64,000 bases of DNA from assembly GCA_035534915.1 (NCBI GenBank), contig DATLQZ010000067.1, forward strand, positions 34,264-98,263. The letters are read 5' to 3'. Both the position numbers and the translations under genes were made by a program. Positions 51,094-61,149 of the stretch are shown here, piece after piece. The notes beneath the pieces are model-generated. The model was not told the DNA's origin. It made no database searches and was given only the letters and a program-made list of their open reading frames with translations. Numbering within the stretch: the stretch's first letter is position 1; each line of letters starts with the position of its first letter. This stretch comes from Candidatus Dormiibacterota bacterium. GTDB lineage: Bacteria > Chloroflexota > Dormibacteria > Aeolococcales > Bog-877.

Positions 51094-51900
51094 TCAGGCG
51101 GTCGGGTAGACGCCAAAGGGGCGCAGCTCGAACGTTGCCGAGCGGAGCTCGTCGAGGATATCGGTCGCCTGATCGACCCCGTCCACTTCCACGTCGGCGT
51201 AGAAGCGATAGTGAAACGGCTCCGCCGGAATCGGCCGCGAGTCGAGGCGGGTTAGGTTGAGATTGTGGCTCGCCAGGATCTGCAGCACGGCGGCGAGCCC
51301 ACCTGGGCGGTGGGCTGTCAAAAAGCCGAACGACAGCTTGGCAGGACCTGGATGCGGCTGTCGGCCGACGCCCCTCGGTTCGACGACTAAGAAACGGGTT
51401 CGGTTGGAGGGGTCGTCGGCGATGTCGGCCGCCACCACGACCAGGCCATACCGGTCGGCCGCGGCGCGAGAGGCGATAGCGCCATCCCCAGCGGCTCCGT
51501 GGATGGCCACCTCAAGCGCTGCCCCAGCGGTATCGGCGAACGTCACCGGGGAGATGCCGTGAGCGCGCAACCAACCCGCGCACTGTGCCAGCGCTTGGGG
51601 GTGCGAGAGAGCCCTGAGCACCGCAGACCGGTCGCGAGCGAGCAGGTGATGGCGGATTGGGGCCACGTGCTCGGCAACTGCGGTCAGCTGTGGGTGCGCC
51701 CACAGGAGGTCGCTGACCTCCTGGACCACTCCGGCCAGGCTGTTCTCCACCGGCAGCACTGCGGCCGCCACCGAGGTCGAGATCATGGCCGCGAAGACCT
51801 CAGCGAATGTCTGATGGCCGACCGTCTCCGAGCCTGGGAAGAGCAGCTGCGCCGTCTCGTCGGAGTAGGCGCCGGGCTCACCTTGGTAGCCAATCTTCAT
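51094..51900 (-). CDS. pheA: prephenate dehydratase (PDT plus ACT domains)
   Basis: KIGYQGEPGAYSDE...VENSLAGVV and a C-terminal ACT domain. The start is taken at MKIGYQ. Confidence 0.85.
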   Translation of the reverse strand: MKIGYQGEPGAYSDETAQLLFPGSETVGHQTFAEVFAAMISTSVAAAVLPVENSLAGVVQEVSDLLWAHPQLTAVAEHVAPIRHHLLARDRSAVLRALSHPQALAQCAGWLRAHGISPVTFADTAGAALEVAIHGAAGDGAIASRAAADRYGLVVVAADIADDPSNRTRFLVVEPRGVGRQPHPGPAKLSFGFLTAHRPGGLAAVLQILASHNLNLTRLDSRPIPAEPFHYRFYADVEVDGVDQATDILDELRSATFELRPFGVYPTA

Positions 51901-51994
51901 CGAGAAGTCATTGTCCGCAGGGTGAGGGCCATTCGTTCCGGGGATCCCGCGCAGAGGTGCTGCGACGAACTCCTTGGGTCCATGAGCGAACGGG

Positions 51995-52651
51995 TCATTC
52001 CGGCCGCTCGTAGGTCGGGTGCCCACCTTCCGCCGCCGCGGGCGGGCGCGGCGGTTTCCCCTCACGCAACTTCAACTCCGCCAGCACGTCGTGGGTCTGC
52101 AGCCCCCGCGCTCGAAGCAGCACCATGGTGTGGAACCATAGGTCGGCCACCTCGGCGACCAGGTGCGCCGGGTCCTGCTCATGGGCGGCCAGAATCACCT
52201 CCACCGCCTCCTCGCCAACCTTGCGGCAGATCCCGCCAGTCCCCCCGGCGAGGAGCTGCGCAGTGTAAGAGCCGACAGGAGGATTGGCCTGGCGTTGGGT
52301 CAGGGTCTCCTCCAGCGCGTCCAGCAAAGAGGCGGGGCGGGGAAAGCAGGAGCGCCGCCCCAGATGGCAGGTGGGGCCGGCGGGCACGACCGAGAGCAGC
52401 AGCGTGTCGGCGTCGCAGTCGGCCTGGACGCTCTCCACCGCCAGAGTGGCCCCAGAGGTCTCCCCCTTGCGCCACAGCCGCCCTCGACTGCGGCTCCAGA
52501 AGTGGGCTGCCCCGGTCTCTAGGGTGAGCTGCAGCGCCGCCTTGTTCATGTACGCGACCATCAGAACGGTGCCAGTCACCGCATCCTGGACCACGGCGGG
52601 GATGAGGCCGTCATCGTTGAATTTGACAGCCGCTAAGCCGTCCGTTCTCAC
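51995..52651 (-). CDS. hisI: bifunctional phosphoribosyl-AMP cyclohydrolase / phosphoribosyl-ATP pyrophosphatase
   Basis: HisI (GLIPAVVQD...[16 protein letters not shown]) fused to HisE (MazG-like). Confidence 0.85.
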   Translation of the reverse strand: MRTDGLAAVKFNDDGLIPAVVQDAVTGTVLMVAYMNKAALQLTLETGAAHFWSRSRGRLWRKGETSGATLAVESVQADCDADTLLLSVVPAGPTCHLGRRSCFPRPASLLDALEETLTQRQANPPVGSYTAQLLAGGTGGICRKVGEEAVEVILAAHEQDPAHLVAEVADLWFHTMVLLRARGLQTHDVLAELKLREGKPPRPPAAAEGGHPTYERPE

Positions 52652-53403
52652 AACCGCACCGCCACCCCGCCCGCGCGGAGCTTGGCCTTGACCTCAGCTA
52701 TTGTCCAGTCCCCACTGTGGAAGATCGAGGCCGCCAACGCGGCGTCAGCGCGGCCCTCGGTCAACACCGCAAGCAGGTCCGCAGGGCCACCGGCACCGCC
52801 CGAGGCGATGACCGGAATCCTCACTCTTTCGGCCACCGCGCGGGTCAGTTCCAGATCGTATCCGCTCCGTCCACCGTCCGCATCGATGCTAGTCAACAAC
52901 AGCTCGCCTGCCCCCAACCGCTCGACCTCCTCCGCCCACCGGAGGGCGTCGAGACCGGTCCTTCTACGCGCCCCATGGGTGAAGACCTCCCAGCCCTGGT
53001 GGTGTCTTTGGGCGTCGATGGAGACCACTACACATTGCGAACCGAAGACGGCGGCCGCTTCCGCCACCAGGGCGGGGCGAGCCACGGCGGCGGTCTGGAT
53101 CGCCACCTTGTCAGCGCCGGCTCGCAACAGTCTTCGCACGTCTGATTCCGACCGAATGCCCCCGCCGACGGTGAACGGAATGAAAAGCTCTCGGGCAACC
53201 CGTGCCACCAGCTCGACCATCGTCTCACGGCCCTCGTTGCTCGCGGCGATGTCCAGGAATACCAGCTCATCAGCCCCACCCTCCGAATATAGCCTGGCGA
53301 GCTCGACCGGATCGCCGCGATCCTCAAGGAACTGAAACTGGCGACCCTTGACGACCCGCCCGCCCGCGACATCGAGGCAGGGGATGACCCGCTTAGACAG
53401 CAT
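52648..53403 (-). CDS. hisF: imidazole glycerol phosphate synthase cyclase subunit
   Basis: [17 protein letters not shown] is the HisF signature. Confidence 0.9.
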   Translation of the reverse strand: MLSKRVIPCLDVAGGRVVKGRQFQFLEDRGDPVELARLYSEGGADELVFLDIAASNEGRETMVELVARVARELFIPFTVGGGIRSESDVRRLLRAGADKVAIQTAAVARPALVAEAAAVFGSQCVVVSIDAQRHHQGWEVFTHGARRRTGLDALRWAEEVERLGAGELLLTSIDADGGRSGYDLELTRAVAERVRIPVIASGGAGGPADLLAVLTEGRADAALAASIFHSGDWTIAEVKAKLRAGGVAVRL

Positions 53404-54010
53404 TCGCGCCCGCATTTGCTCCGATGTCGACGAAGTTGGTGAGCAGGCGTAACCCGGCGGCACCGCTTCGCTCCGGGTGAAACTGAACTCCGAAGACCAA
53501 GTCCCGCGCGATCGCGCTGACGAAGGGCACCCCGTGGGTGGTGCGGGCGGCGACAACTTCGGCCCCGGTCTCCGCCACATAGGAGTGAGTGAAGTAGAAC
53601 GCCTCCTCGGCCACTCCGTCGAAGAGTGGGATCGGTCTCACCAGATCCACGGTGTTCCACCCCACATGGGGGACCTTCTCCCCGGTCTGGAGGCGCACGA
53701 CCTCTCCCGGCAGGATCCCCAGGCAGGTGGTCCCGTCCTCAGCACTTCCGCGGAACAGAAGTTGGTGACCGAGACAAATGCCCAGATAGGGTCGACCCGT
53801 CTGCACGAAGGCGCGAATCGCGGTATCAAGCCGCTGGTTCCGCAGCCCTTCCATGGCGGGACGTGCCGCGCCCACCCCAGGGAAGATGAGCGAGTCCACT
53901 CCCTCCACCTCTGGGCCGCTGCGTACTAGCTGCCACCTGGCTTGGAGCCGGTCCAGGGCATGGCCGACACTTGCGAGATTGCCCCCGCCATAGTCGACAA
54001 CTCCAATCAC
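53393..54010 (-). CDS. hisH: imidazole glycerol phosphate synthase glutamine amidotransferase subunit
   Basis: [14 protein letters not shown] and the GICLGHQLL class-I GATase motif. Confidence 0.85.
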   Translation of the reverse strand: MIGVVDYGGGNLASVGHALDRLQARWQLVRSGPEVEGVDSLIFPGVGAARPAMEGLRNQRLDTAIRAFVQTGRPYLGICLGHQLLFRGSAEDGTTCLGILPGEVVRLQTGEKVPHVGWNTVDLVRPIPLFDGVAEEAFYFTHSYVAETGAEVVAARTTHGVPFVSAIARDLVFGVQFHPERSGAAGLRLLTNFVDIGANAGANAV

Positions 54011-54618
54011 AGAACGCCCTTGGTGCTGGGAGGTTGGCCCTGAAAGTTCAGGTCCCGCTGCCACGCATGGCGGAGGGACCTGGCGGTCGCCTTGAACATC
54101 GCCTCCGCCAGGTGATGGTCGTCTCGGCCCTCTGCTGAAAGCTGCAAGGTGATGCGGGCACTTCGGGCCAGCACCTCGAAGAAATGGTTGATAAGTGAGG
54201 TCGGGACCCCGCCCACCGACGGACTGGGGAAGGTAACTCGAAGGACCGCTAATCCCCTTCCCGACAGGTCAAGGGCGACCGAGGCCAGGCTCTCGTCCAT
54301 GGGGATCACCGCGTGCCCGAAGCGCTCAATGCCACCGCGGTCGCCAAGGGCCTCATCGATCGCCTCACCGAGCAGCGAGGCGACGTCCTCAACTGTGTGG
54401 TGGCAGTCCACCTGCAGGTCGCCGGTCGCCTGGAGATCGAGGTCAAAGCGGCCGTGGGCAGCGAGGCTGGTGAGCATGTGGTCCAGGAAGCCGACGCCGG
54501 TCGAGATATTGGAAAGGCCCGTGCCCTCGAGGAGCAGGGTCACTTGGACATCAGTCTCCTTGGTCGCACGGGAAAGCTGACTGCGTCGCTCAGTGGCCAT
54601 CACACCCTCCAAAGTCAT
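54007..54618 (-). CDS. hisB: imidazoleglycerol-phosphate dehydratase
   Basis: HHTVEDVASLLGEA and DHHLAEAMFKA motifs. Confidence 0.85.
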   Translation of the reverse strand: MTLEGVMATERRSQLSRATKETDVQVTLLLEGTGLSNISTGVGFLDHMLTSLAAHGRFDLDLQATGDLQVDCHHTVEDVASLLGEAIDEALGDRGGIERFGHAVIPMDESLASVALDLSGRGLAVLRVTFPSPSVGGVPTSLINHFFEVLARSARITLQLSAEGRDDHHLAEAMFKATARSLRHAWQRDLNFQGQPPSTKGVL

Positions 54619-56890
54619 CTAATCCGGATAGCAGCCGGGAGTTCTCGCCCCTCGACCTGACGGCCACCCGCATCCAACCGGGTAGCGCGGAGTCGGCGGA
54701 GAAGCTGCGGACGACCAGGCCCCGGTCCGCCAGGTGTTCGGCAAGTCCGCTTGGGCAACTGACCAGGAGGAAGTTGGCCGATGACGGGAGCACCTTGAAA
54801 CCACGCTTTGCGAGCTCATTTTCCAGCAGCTCCTTCTCCTGGAGCAACTCCGCCACCTGGATCCGCATCTCCTTGGCATGGTCCAGAGCTGAACAAGCCA
54901 GAGCCGCAGACTGGACACTGACGCTGGCGGGAGGACGAACCAGGGCCAGGGTACGGGCGATGCTGGGCCCGGAGACCGCGTAGCCAACTCGGGCTCCCGC
55001 TAGCCCAAAGGCCTTGCTGAGAGTGCGTACCACCACCAGGTTAGCGAGTTCACCAACCAGCGGAACTGAACTCTGTCCGCAGAATTCGAAGTAAGCTTCG
55101 TCCACGACCACGATTCCGGGGCTTGACCGCGCCACCCTCTCCACCAGCCCGTCAGGCAGCAGTTCCCCGGTCGGGTTATTGGGGTTGCAGAGCCACGTGA
55201 GGCGAGCCCGGGACGTTGCCCGCAGCAGTTCCTCCGGGACGCCGGCGGTTACCCGTATCGGCCCTCCGGCCGCCGCCTCGGTCACCGCCAAGAACATCGT
55301 GTAGCTCGGGTCCGGGATGACCACGGGGTCGTTCGATCCGATATAGGCAAGGGCGATCAGGCTCAGAAGCTCGTCGGCTCCCGCACCGACCGTGATCGCG
55401 CTCGTCGGTTGACCCACGTAGGCGGCCAGCGCAGACACCAGCGGCTGGTAGTTGGAGTCCGGATACTCGTTGACTCCCTGAAGGGCCAAGGAGTCTGGGG
55501 TCGCCATCGTCCACGGACAGGTGTTGGTGTCGAAGCGGACGACCTCCGCTTCAAGGATCCCGGCGCGCGCTGCCACCTCCGCGCTGGATGACTCCCAGAG
55601 GTACGGGTGCATGCGCTCCACGCTCGCACGCGGGCGTGGAGCGCCAGGGCCGATGGGCCTGCGCTCGGAGAGGCGAACTTGCACCGATTTCAGGTGGTTG
55701 ATGAACCCCTCTGCCCTGGCCATCGGCTCGATCACGGGAGCAAGCTCTGCCAGTCCCTCCCATGAGAGTGCCTGCACCTGTAAGGTGCGGCCAAAGGCAT
55801 CGAGACCTAGGGGGCTGAAGCTGCGCACGGCACCTCCGGTTGGTATCACGTGGTTGGCTCCGGTCGCGTAGTCACCTGCTGCCGCCGGGGAGAAGGGGCC
55901 GAGGAAGATCGACCCAGCGTTGCTGACAGCCTCCAAGTGGCTCTCAGGATCCTGACAGGCCAGGATGAGATGCTCTGGACCGAATTGGTTGGTGAACGCC
56001 AGAGCCTCCTCGAGTGTGGTCGTCGTGTAAAAGCGCAGTTGCGGCGCCAGTTCGGCTGTGACCAAGCGCGAGACTTGCTCGGCATGACCGGGATCGGTGG
56101 AGATCAGCACTCCCACGGCATCCGGGGCATGCTCCGCCTGGGCCTCCAGGTCGGCCGCCAGCCAAGCGGCGGGTACGGACCCGTCGCTTATCACAATTAC
56201 CTCCGACGGCCCTGCCGGCATGTCGACCGCCACCTCTCCGAAGACCAATCGCTTGGCGGCCGTGACATAGCTGTTGCCGGGGCCGAAGACCTTGTCGACG
56301 CGAGGGATGGTCTCGGTCCCGTACGCCATGGCTCCAACCGCCTGGACTCCTCCTATTGCGTGAACCTCGGTCACCCCGGCGATGGAAGCTGCGGCCAGGA
56401 TGTTCTGATCGATGTGACCGTCTCGGCCCGGGGGGGAACACAGCACTATCTCTGTGCATCCCGCCAGCTTGGCCGGCACACAGAGCATGAGCACTGACGA
56501 TGGGTAGGGGGCTCGTCCTCCCGGCACATACACCCCGACCCGGCGTAGTGGCCGCCAAACCCGCCACACCCTTACCCCGGGCCGGACGACGACCTCCTCC
56601 TCCGAGAACTGCTGCGCGAGGCCGACCCGTCTGATGTTGCCAGCAGCTTGGTGGAGCGCATCGATCAGAGGTTGGTCGGCGCTGCTCAGGGACTCCGCGA
56701 TCTCCAAGGGATCCACTCGACTGTTCTCGACGAGCACGCCGTCAAAGCGCAGCGTCAGTTCCCGGACCGCGCTATCGCCCCCGGCCCGGACCTGGTCCAG
56801 CAGCTGTCGGGCCTCCGCTTCAACTCGCTGCGCAGTGCGGGCACGGGACTGCAATTCGACTTTGCCTGAGGCGGGCAGCGGCTCGATCAC
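54590..56890 (-). CDS. hisD: apparent in-frame fusion of histidinol dehydrogenase (HisD, N-terminal about 420 aa) and histidinol-phosphate aminotransferase (HisC, C-terminal about 345 aa)
   Basis: A single 766-aa ORF. HisD motifs (e.g. GPGNSYVTAAKR) are followed by a Pro/Gly linker (RRPIGPGAPRPRASVER) and then a class-II aminotransferase with the PLP-lysine region (RTLSKAFGLAGARVGY). Confidence 0.7.
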   Translation of the reverse strand: MIEPLPASGKVELQSRARTAQRVEAEARQLLDQVRAGGDSAVRELTLRFDGVLVENSRVDPLEIAESLSSADQPLIDALHQAAGNIRRVGLAQQFSEEEVVVRPGVRVWRVWRPLRRVGVYVPGGRAPYPSSVLMLCVPAKLAGCTEIVLCSPPGRDGHIDQNILAAASIAGVTEVHAIGGVQAVGAMAYGTETIPRVDKVFGPGNSYVTAAKRLVFGEVAVDMPAGPSEVIVISDGSVPAAWLAADLEAQAEHAPDAVGVLISTDPGHAEQVSRLVTAELAPQLRFYTTTTLEEALAFTNQFGPEHLILACQDPESHLEAVSNAGSIFLGPFSPAAAGDYATGANHVIPTGGAVRSFSPLGLDAFGRTLQVQALSWEGLAELAPVIEPMARAEGFINHLKSVQVRLSERRPIGPGAPRPRASVERMHPYLWESSSAEVAARAGILEAEVVRFDTNTCPWTMATPDSLALQGVNEYPDSNYQPLVSALAAYVGQPTSAITVGAGADELLSLIALAYIGSNDPVVIPDPSYTMFLAVTEAAAGGPIRVTAGVPEELLRATSRARLTWLCNPNNPTGELLPDGLVERVARSSPGIVVVDEAYFEFCGQSSVPLVGELANLVVVRTLSKAFGLAGARVGYAVSGPSIARTLALVRPPASVSVQSAALACSALDHAKEMRIQVAELLQEKELLENELAKRGFKVLPSSANFLLVSCPSGLAEHLADRGLVVRSFSADSALPGWMRVAVRSRGENSRLLSGLDDFGGCDGH

Positions 56891-57765
56891 GGGATCAGTT
56901 TCTCGATGGGGAGGACTAAGATCGAAGATGCGCCGGCTTCGCGGAGCGGGCCCAACTGTTGCCAGATGGTCCCCGCGTCCACTACCGCGTGGATCGCCAC
57001 CATCCCAGCGTCGGCGAGTGGAATCACCGATGGTGAGCCCATGCCGGGAACCATCTCCCGGATGCGGGCGACGGCGATGGCCGGTGCATTCAGCATCAGG
57101 TATTTCCGGTGCTTCGCCGCGATCACGCTGTCCAGCATCAGCGTCACCTGTTCGGCGAGTCGCCGCCGAACAGGGTCCAGCGCGGGGTTGGACACGAGCT
57201 CAGCCTGGGAATCCAGGATGGTTTCGATGGGGCGGAGGGCGTTGGTGGCCAGGGTGCTGCCGCTGGCCACCAAATCCACAATGGCGTCCGCGACCCCGAG
57301 CAGAGGAGTGACCTCGACTGCGCCGCTGATTTCGATCAGCCGGCACCCGACCCCGCGCTCCGCGAAGAAATCAGCGCTGAGCGAGGGGTGCGAGGTGGCC
57401 ACCACGAGCCCCTCGAGGTCGCTGACGATTTGGAGTTGACTGGACTGTGGGGCGGCTACCTGGAGGCGACACCTGCCAAATCCGAGCTCCAGCCGGGGTT
57501 CGACGGCCGCTCGGACCTCCCGCAGCAGATTGGTACCCGTGATCCCCAGGTCTACCACCCCGTCCTGGACGTACTCGCCGATGTCGTCGGCTCTGACAAA
57601 CAGAAGGTCCAGGGGGTAGTTCTGACATGGTGCGAAGAGGCGTCGGTCGTCCTCCTCAAAGGCGAGCCCGGCCTCGTGCAGAAGGTTCAGCGCGGGTTGG
57701 CAGAGTCGGCCCTTGTTGGGGAGAGCCAGCCGCAGTCGGCCGCTCTCAGAAGGTGTTGAGATCAA
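56887..57765 (-). CDS. hisG: ATP phosphoribosyltransferase, long form
   Basis: RLALPNKGRL and the catalytic and regulatory domains. 292 aa. Confidence 0.9.
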   Translation of the reverse strand: MISTPSESGRLRLALPNKGRLCQPALNLLHEAGLAFEEDDRRLFAPCQNYPLDLLFVRADDIGEYVQDGVVDLGITGTNLLREVRAAVEPRLELGFGRCRLQVAAPQSSQLQIVSDLEGLVVATSHPSLSADFFAERGVGCRLIEISGAVEVTPLLGVADAIVDLVASGSTLATNALRPIETILDSQAELVSNPALDPVRRRLAEQVTLMLDSVIAAKHRKYLMLNAPAIAVARIREMVPGMGSPSVIPLADAGMVAIHAVVDAGTIWQQLGPLREAGASSILVLPIEKLIP

Positions 57766-58085
57766 GACGGTCTCTCGTGCGAGCGTTGCAACATCCGACG
57801 ATAGCCGCCGGTTCCGAAGCGGAGCCAGGTGTTTACCCGGCTGATCGTGGCAGTGCTGGCGCCGGTGAGCTCGACGATATCGTGGTAGTGCATCCCTTGA
57901 TCCAGCAGACGGGCGACCTGCCAGCGCGCGCTCAGGGACTGCAACTCCTGGATGGTGCAGAGATCCCTCAGGAACTCCTCGGCCTCCTCTGCGGAACCCA
58001 ACTCTGAGATTGCCGTGAAGAGCTCGGGGGCGGCGTCGCTGGTTGGCCGCGAAGGTTTCGGAGCCGTCGACGATCCCTTTATCAT
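57762..58085 (-). CDS. TrpR-family YerC/YecD-like DNA-binding protein, first gene of the his operon (coupled to hisG by an ATGA overlap)
   Basis: DLCTIQELQSLSARWQVARLL...TGASTATISRV matches YerC/TrpR_like. The start is taken at MIKGS (58085). Confidence 0.75.
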   Translation of the reverse strand: MIKGSSTAPKPSRPTSDAAPELFTAISELGSAEEAEEFLRDLCTIQELQSLSARWQVARLLDQGMHYHDIVELTGASTATISRVNTWLRFGTGGYRRMLQRSHERPS

Positions 58086-58122
58086 GCTAGCATAGTAGCA
58101 TGGTTTCAGAGAGGCCCGCGCG

Positions 58123-58830
58123 GTGCTGGTGATACCGGCCATTGATCTGCTGGGAGGGGCCCCGGTGCGCCTCGTCCAGGGGCGCTACGACCGGGTGTTG
58201 AGGACCGCAGCCGACCCGCTTGAGCTTGCTCGGGGCCACGCGGCGCAGGGAGCCACTTGGCTGCATGTGATCGACCTCGACGGCGCTCGAGCTGGGCATT
58301 GGTGCAACCTCGACGGCATCCGGGAGATTCTCACCGAGGTGGGGTTACCCGTCCAGGCCGGGGGAGGCGCGAGGGACCGAGCCGCCGTCGCGGAAGCGCT
58401 GCGGTTGGGGGTCCGGCGCGTCATCGTGTCCACCGCGGTCGTGGATCGACCGGAACTGCTCACCTCCCTGGCTGCGGAGTTCGGCGATCAGCTGATCATC
58501 GGATTGGACGCCCGTCAGGGGCGTCTGCTGGCTGAGGGTTGGATCAGAGAGACCGGGTTGGACCTGCTGGCGATCGCCAGCAGGTCAGTGGAGAGTGGTG
58601 CCCGCCGCCTCATATACACCGATACCAAGCGAGATGGGATGCTAGCCGGAGGAGACCACAGCTCGGTGAGGGAGCTCGCGAAGTTGGGCGTTCCGGTCAT
58701 GGTGGCAGGGGGAATCAGCTCGTTGGAGCACCTGCACTTGGTTCGGGAAGCTGGGGCTGAGGCAGCGATCGTGGGACGGGCACTGTTTGAGGGCTCGCTC
58801 AGCCTAGTCGACGCCATATCCGCAGCTTGA
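58123..58830 (+). CDS. hisA: ProFAR isomerase HisA (possibly bifunctional PriA type), divergent from the his operon
   Basis: LVIPAIDLLGGAPVRLVQG ... a (beta/alpha)8 signature. GTG start. Confidence 0.85.
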   Translation: MLVIPAIDLLGGAPVRLVQGRYDRVLRTAADPLELARGHAAQGATWLHVIDLDGARAGHWCNLDGIREILTEVGLPVQAGGGARDRAAVAEALRLGVRRVIVSTAVVDRPELLTSLAAEFGDQLIIGLDARQGRLLAEGWIRETGLDLLAIASRSVESGARRLIYTDTKRDGMLAGGDHSSVRELAKLGVPVMVAGGISSLEHLHLVREAGAEAAIVGRALFEGSLSLVDAISAA

Positions 58831-58870
58831 CCACCACGACGCCTAGGTCACCGGTGGGTACCGACATCAG

Positions 58871-59743
58871 ATGCTAGCCGGAGCGACAGGCACGATGGGG
58901 AGAGACATCCAGGCACCGGTCGCAGCCGACCTGCACGTTCACAGCGAGTGGTCGTGGGACGCAGCCTTGGGTTCCATGGAGAAGACCTGCGCGCGGGCCA
59001 CCGAGCTAGGTTTGAAAGCCGTGGCCTTCACCGAGCACGCCGACTACAGTCCGATAGCGGCAGGTGCGAAGTTGGACATTGATGGCTACAGAGACAGTCT
59101 GGCGCGCTGCCAAAGGCTCTTTCCGCACCTGCAGCTCTGGAGCGGCGTGGAGCTTGGTGAGCCTCATCGCTTCCCTCGGGCCGCTGCGGATGTGCTGGCC
59201 CGAGGGTCGTTCGACCTGGTGTTGGGGTCAGTGCACTGCATCGTCGCCGACGAGCGCATGGTCGATTGCAGCACTCTCGGAAGTGAGAACTCCGGCTCTC
59301 CAGACCAGGTGTTGCGGGAGTACTTCCGGGAGATGCTCAGGCTGCTCGCGACCCCCTTGGAGTTCCACGTCCTCGCTCACCTGGAGTACCCCAAGCGGTA
59401 CTGGCCGCCCGGCGTTCCAGACTACCGATCCGAGGACTACCGGTCGGAGATTCAGGCAGTTTTGGAGCTGGCTTCCGCCCGAGGGATCGCCTTGGAGCTG
59501 AACACAACCAGGGGCATCGACCCGGGGCGCGGGCTGTGCCCCAGTCCTCAGGTCCTTCGCTGGTGGCGGGAAGCGGGCGGGCGGCTCGTCTCGATCGGGA
59601 GCGACGCGCACCAGCCGGAGGCGCTCGGGGGTGGCTTCCAGTTGGCGCTGGCTGCTGCGGAGGCGGCGGGTTTCAGGACCTCCGAGATGCTGGCGGCAGC
59701 TCCGCCGCCGCTGCCAACGGCTGCGATGTTGAGCCTTCAATGA
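58871..59743 (+). CDS. PHP-family histidinol-phosphatase (HisK/HisJ type)
   Basis: The PHP motif DLHVHSEWSWDA...TEHADY, in a histidine-biosynthesis context. Confidence 0.7.
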   Translation: MLAGATGTMGRDIQAPVAADLHVHSEWSWDAALGSMEKTCARATELGLKAVAFTEHADYSPIAAGAKLDIDGYRDSLARCQRLFPHLQLWSGVELGEPHRFPRAAADVLARGSFDLVLGSVHCIVADERMVDCSTLGSENSGSPDQVLREYFREMLRLLATPLEFHVLAHLEYPKRYWPPGVPDYRSEDYRSEIQAVLELASARGIALELNTTRGIDPGRGLCPSPQVLRWWREAGGRLVSIGSDAHQPEALGGGFQLALAAAEAAGFRTSEMLAAAPPPLPTAAMLSLQ

Positions 59744-60921
59744 CCGAGCTTTCAACCAGGGCAGCGGGGGTCCTCTGCGACACCTACCCTCGGTTTCCGG
59801 TCACGCTGGTGGGGGGAGAGGGTGCGTGGGTCGTGACCGACCAGGGTGTCCGGCTGTTGGATGCCATCGGGGGCATCGGGGTAAATGTCCTAGGCTACGG
59901 GCACCCCGCGCTCGTCGCGGCGGTTGCGGCGCAGGCGCAGACGCTGATACACGCCAGCAACATGTACTACACCGAGCCTCAGGTGGAGCTGGCCGAGAGG
60001 CTCGTTGCCAGTGCTTTTCCGGCACGGGTCTTCTTCAGCAACAGCGGGGCTGAGGCCAATGAGGCTGCCATAAAAATCGCCCGCAAATGGGGGCGCGGTC
60101 ACAAGGGTGGGGCCGCCACCGTGGTGACCATGACCGGCGCCTTCCACGGCCGTACCCTGGGCGCTCTGGCCGCCACAGGATCCGCCCGTTACGGGGATCC
60201 CTTCGAGCCGCTCCCGGGAGGGTTCCGGCAGGTACCTCGGGACGATTTGACCGCCCTTGAGGCGGCGCTCGACGGAGATGTCGCGGCAGTCCTGCTGGAG
60301 CCAGTGCAGGGGGAGAGCGGTGTCTTTCCCTTTTCGGACCGCGCGATCGCGACTATTAGAACGCTCTGCGACCAGCACGACTGCCTCCTGATGCTCGACG
60401 AGGTCCAGTCCGGGATGGGCCGGACTGGGCGGATGTGGGCCCATCAGTGGGCGGGCGTGACCCCTGATGTCATGACCGTCGCCAAGGGGCTCGCCGGAGG
60501 GATTCCCATAGGTGCCACGCTGGTAGGGCCGCGGGCGGATGTCTTTGAGGTTGGTGACCACGGCAGCACCTTCGGTGGCAATCCCCTCGCTTGCGCCGCG
60601 GCCATCGCCGTGCTTACCACGATCCACTCTGAGGACCTGATGGAGAACGCCACCAGAGTTGGCGACCGCATCCGGGCCGGGATCTCATCCTTGGTCGACT
60701 CAGGCCTTCCCATTCGCGAAGTTCGCGGTCGGGGGCTGATGCTGGGGGTCGGGCTGCGTCGCCCCGTGGCGAGGGCGGCCGCTCTGGCGGCGCTGGGGGT
60801 CGGCCTACTCGTGAACCCGGTCGGCAGTCGTACGCTGCGCCTTCTGCCTCCGCTCAACCTGACCGAGGCAGAGGCGGATCTCGTGGTCGAGCGGCTGGCG
60901 CAGGCTCTTCGAAGCGCATGA
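59740..60921 (+). CDS. class-III aminotransferase of the acetylornithine aminotransferase family (ArgD/LysJ-like)
   Basis: PLP-fold III with DEVQSGMGRTGRMWAH. The true start is the ATG at 59740 overlapping the upstream stop, so the ORF-track N-extension is not real. Confidence 0.8.
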   Translation: MTELSTRAAGVLCDTYPRFPVTLVGGEGAWVVTDQGVRLLDAIGGIGVNVLGYGHPALVAAVAAQAQTLIHASNMYYTEPQVELAERLVASAFPARVFFSNSGAEANEAAIKIARKWGRGHKGGAATVVTMTGAFHGRTLGALAATGSARYGDPFEPLPGGFRQVPRDDLTALEAALDGDVAAVLLEPVQGESGVFPFSDRAIATIRTLCDQHDCLLMLDEVQSGMGRTGRMWAHQWAGVTPDVMTVAKGLAGGIPIGATLVGPRADVFEVGDHGSTFGGNPLACAAAIAVLTTIHSEDLMENATRVGDRIRAGISSLVDSGLPIREVRGRGLMLGVGLRRPVARAAALAALGVGLLVNPVGSRTLRLLPPLNLTEAEADLVVERLAQALRSA

Positions 60922-61149
60922 GCGGGAGCTGGCGCACCGGTCAGAGGTTGCCGCTAGAGATGTCGATTTGTCGTTGGAGGAGCGTCGACTTGCGTTCCGG
61001 GACCGCAGCCTGCTAGGGTTCTGCCCCACAACCGAATAGCAAAGGCGTCGACGAGGAAGAGTACGAAGATCAGGTTCCCTAAAGAGAGTGGCTGGTAGCT
61101 GGAAAGGCCACAGGGAGCCCCTTCAGAAAAAGACCTCCGAGCCGCGGGA

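Noticed and set aside
51900-52065. N-terminal 55-aa extension on pheA in the ORF track
   Set aside because: It is Arg-rich and unlike PDT. The conserved domain starts at MKIGYQGEPG.
59536-59739. N-terminal extension of the ArgD-like aminotransferase
   Set aside because: It overlaps the 3' end of the PHP phosphatase gene. An ATG at 59740 with an ATGA overlap gives a canonical 393-aa enzyme.
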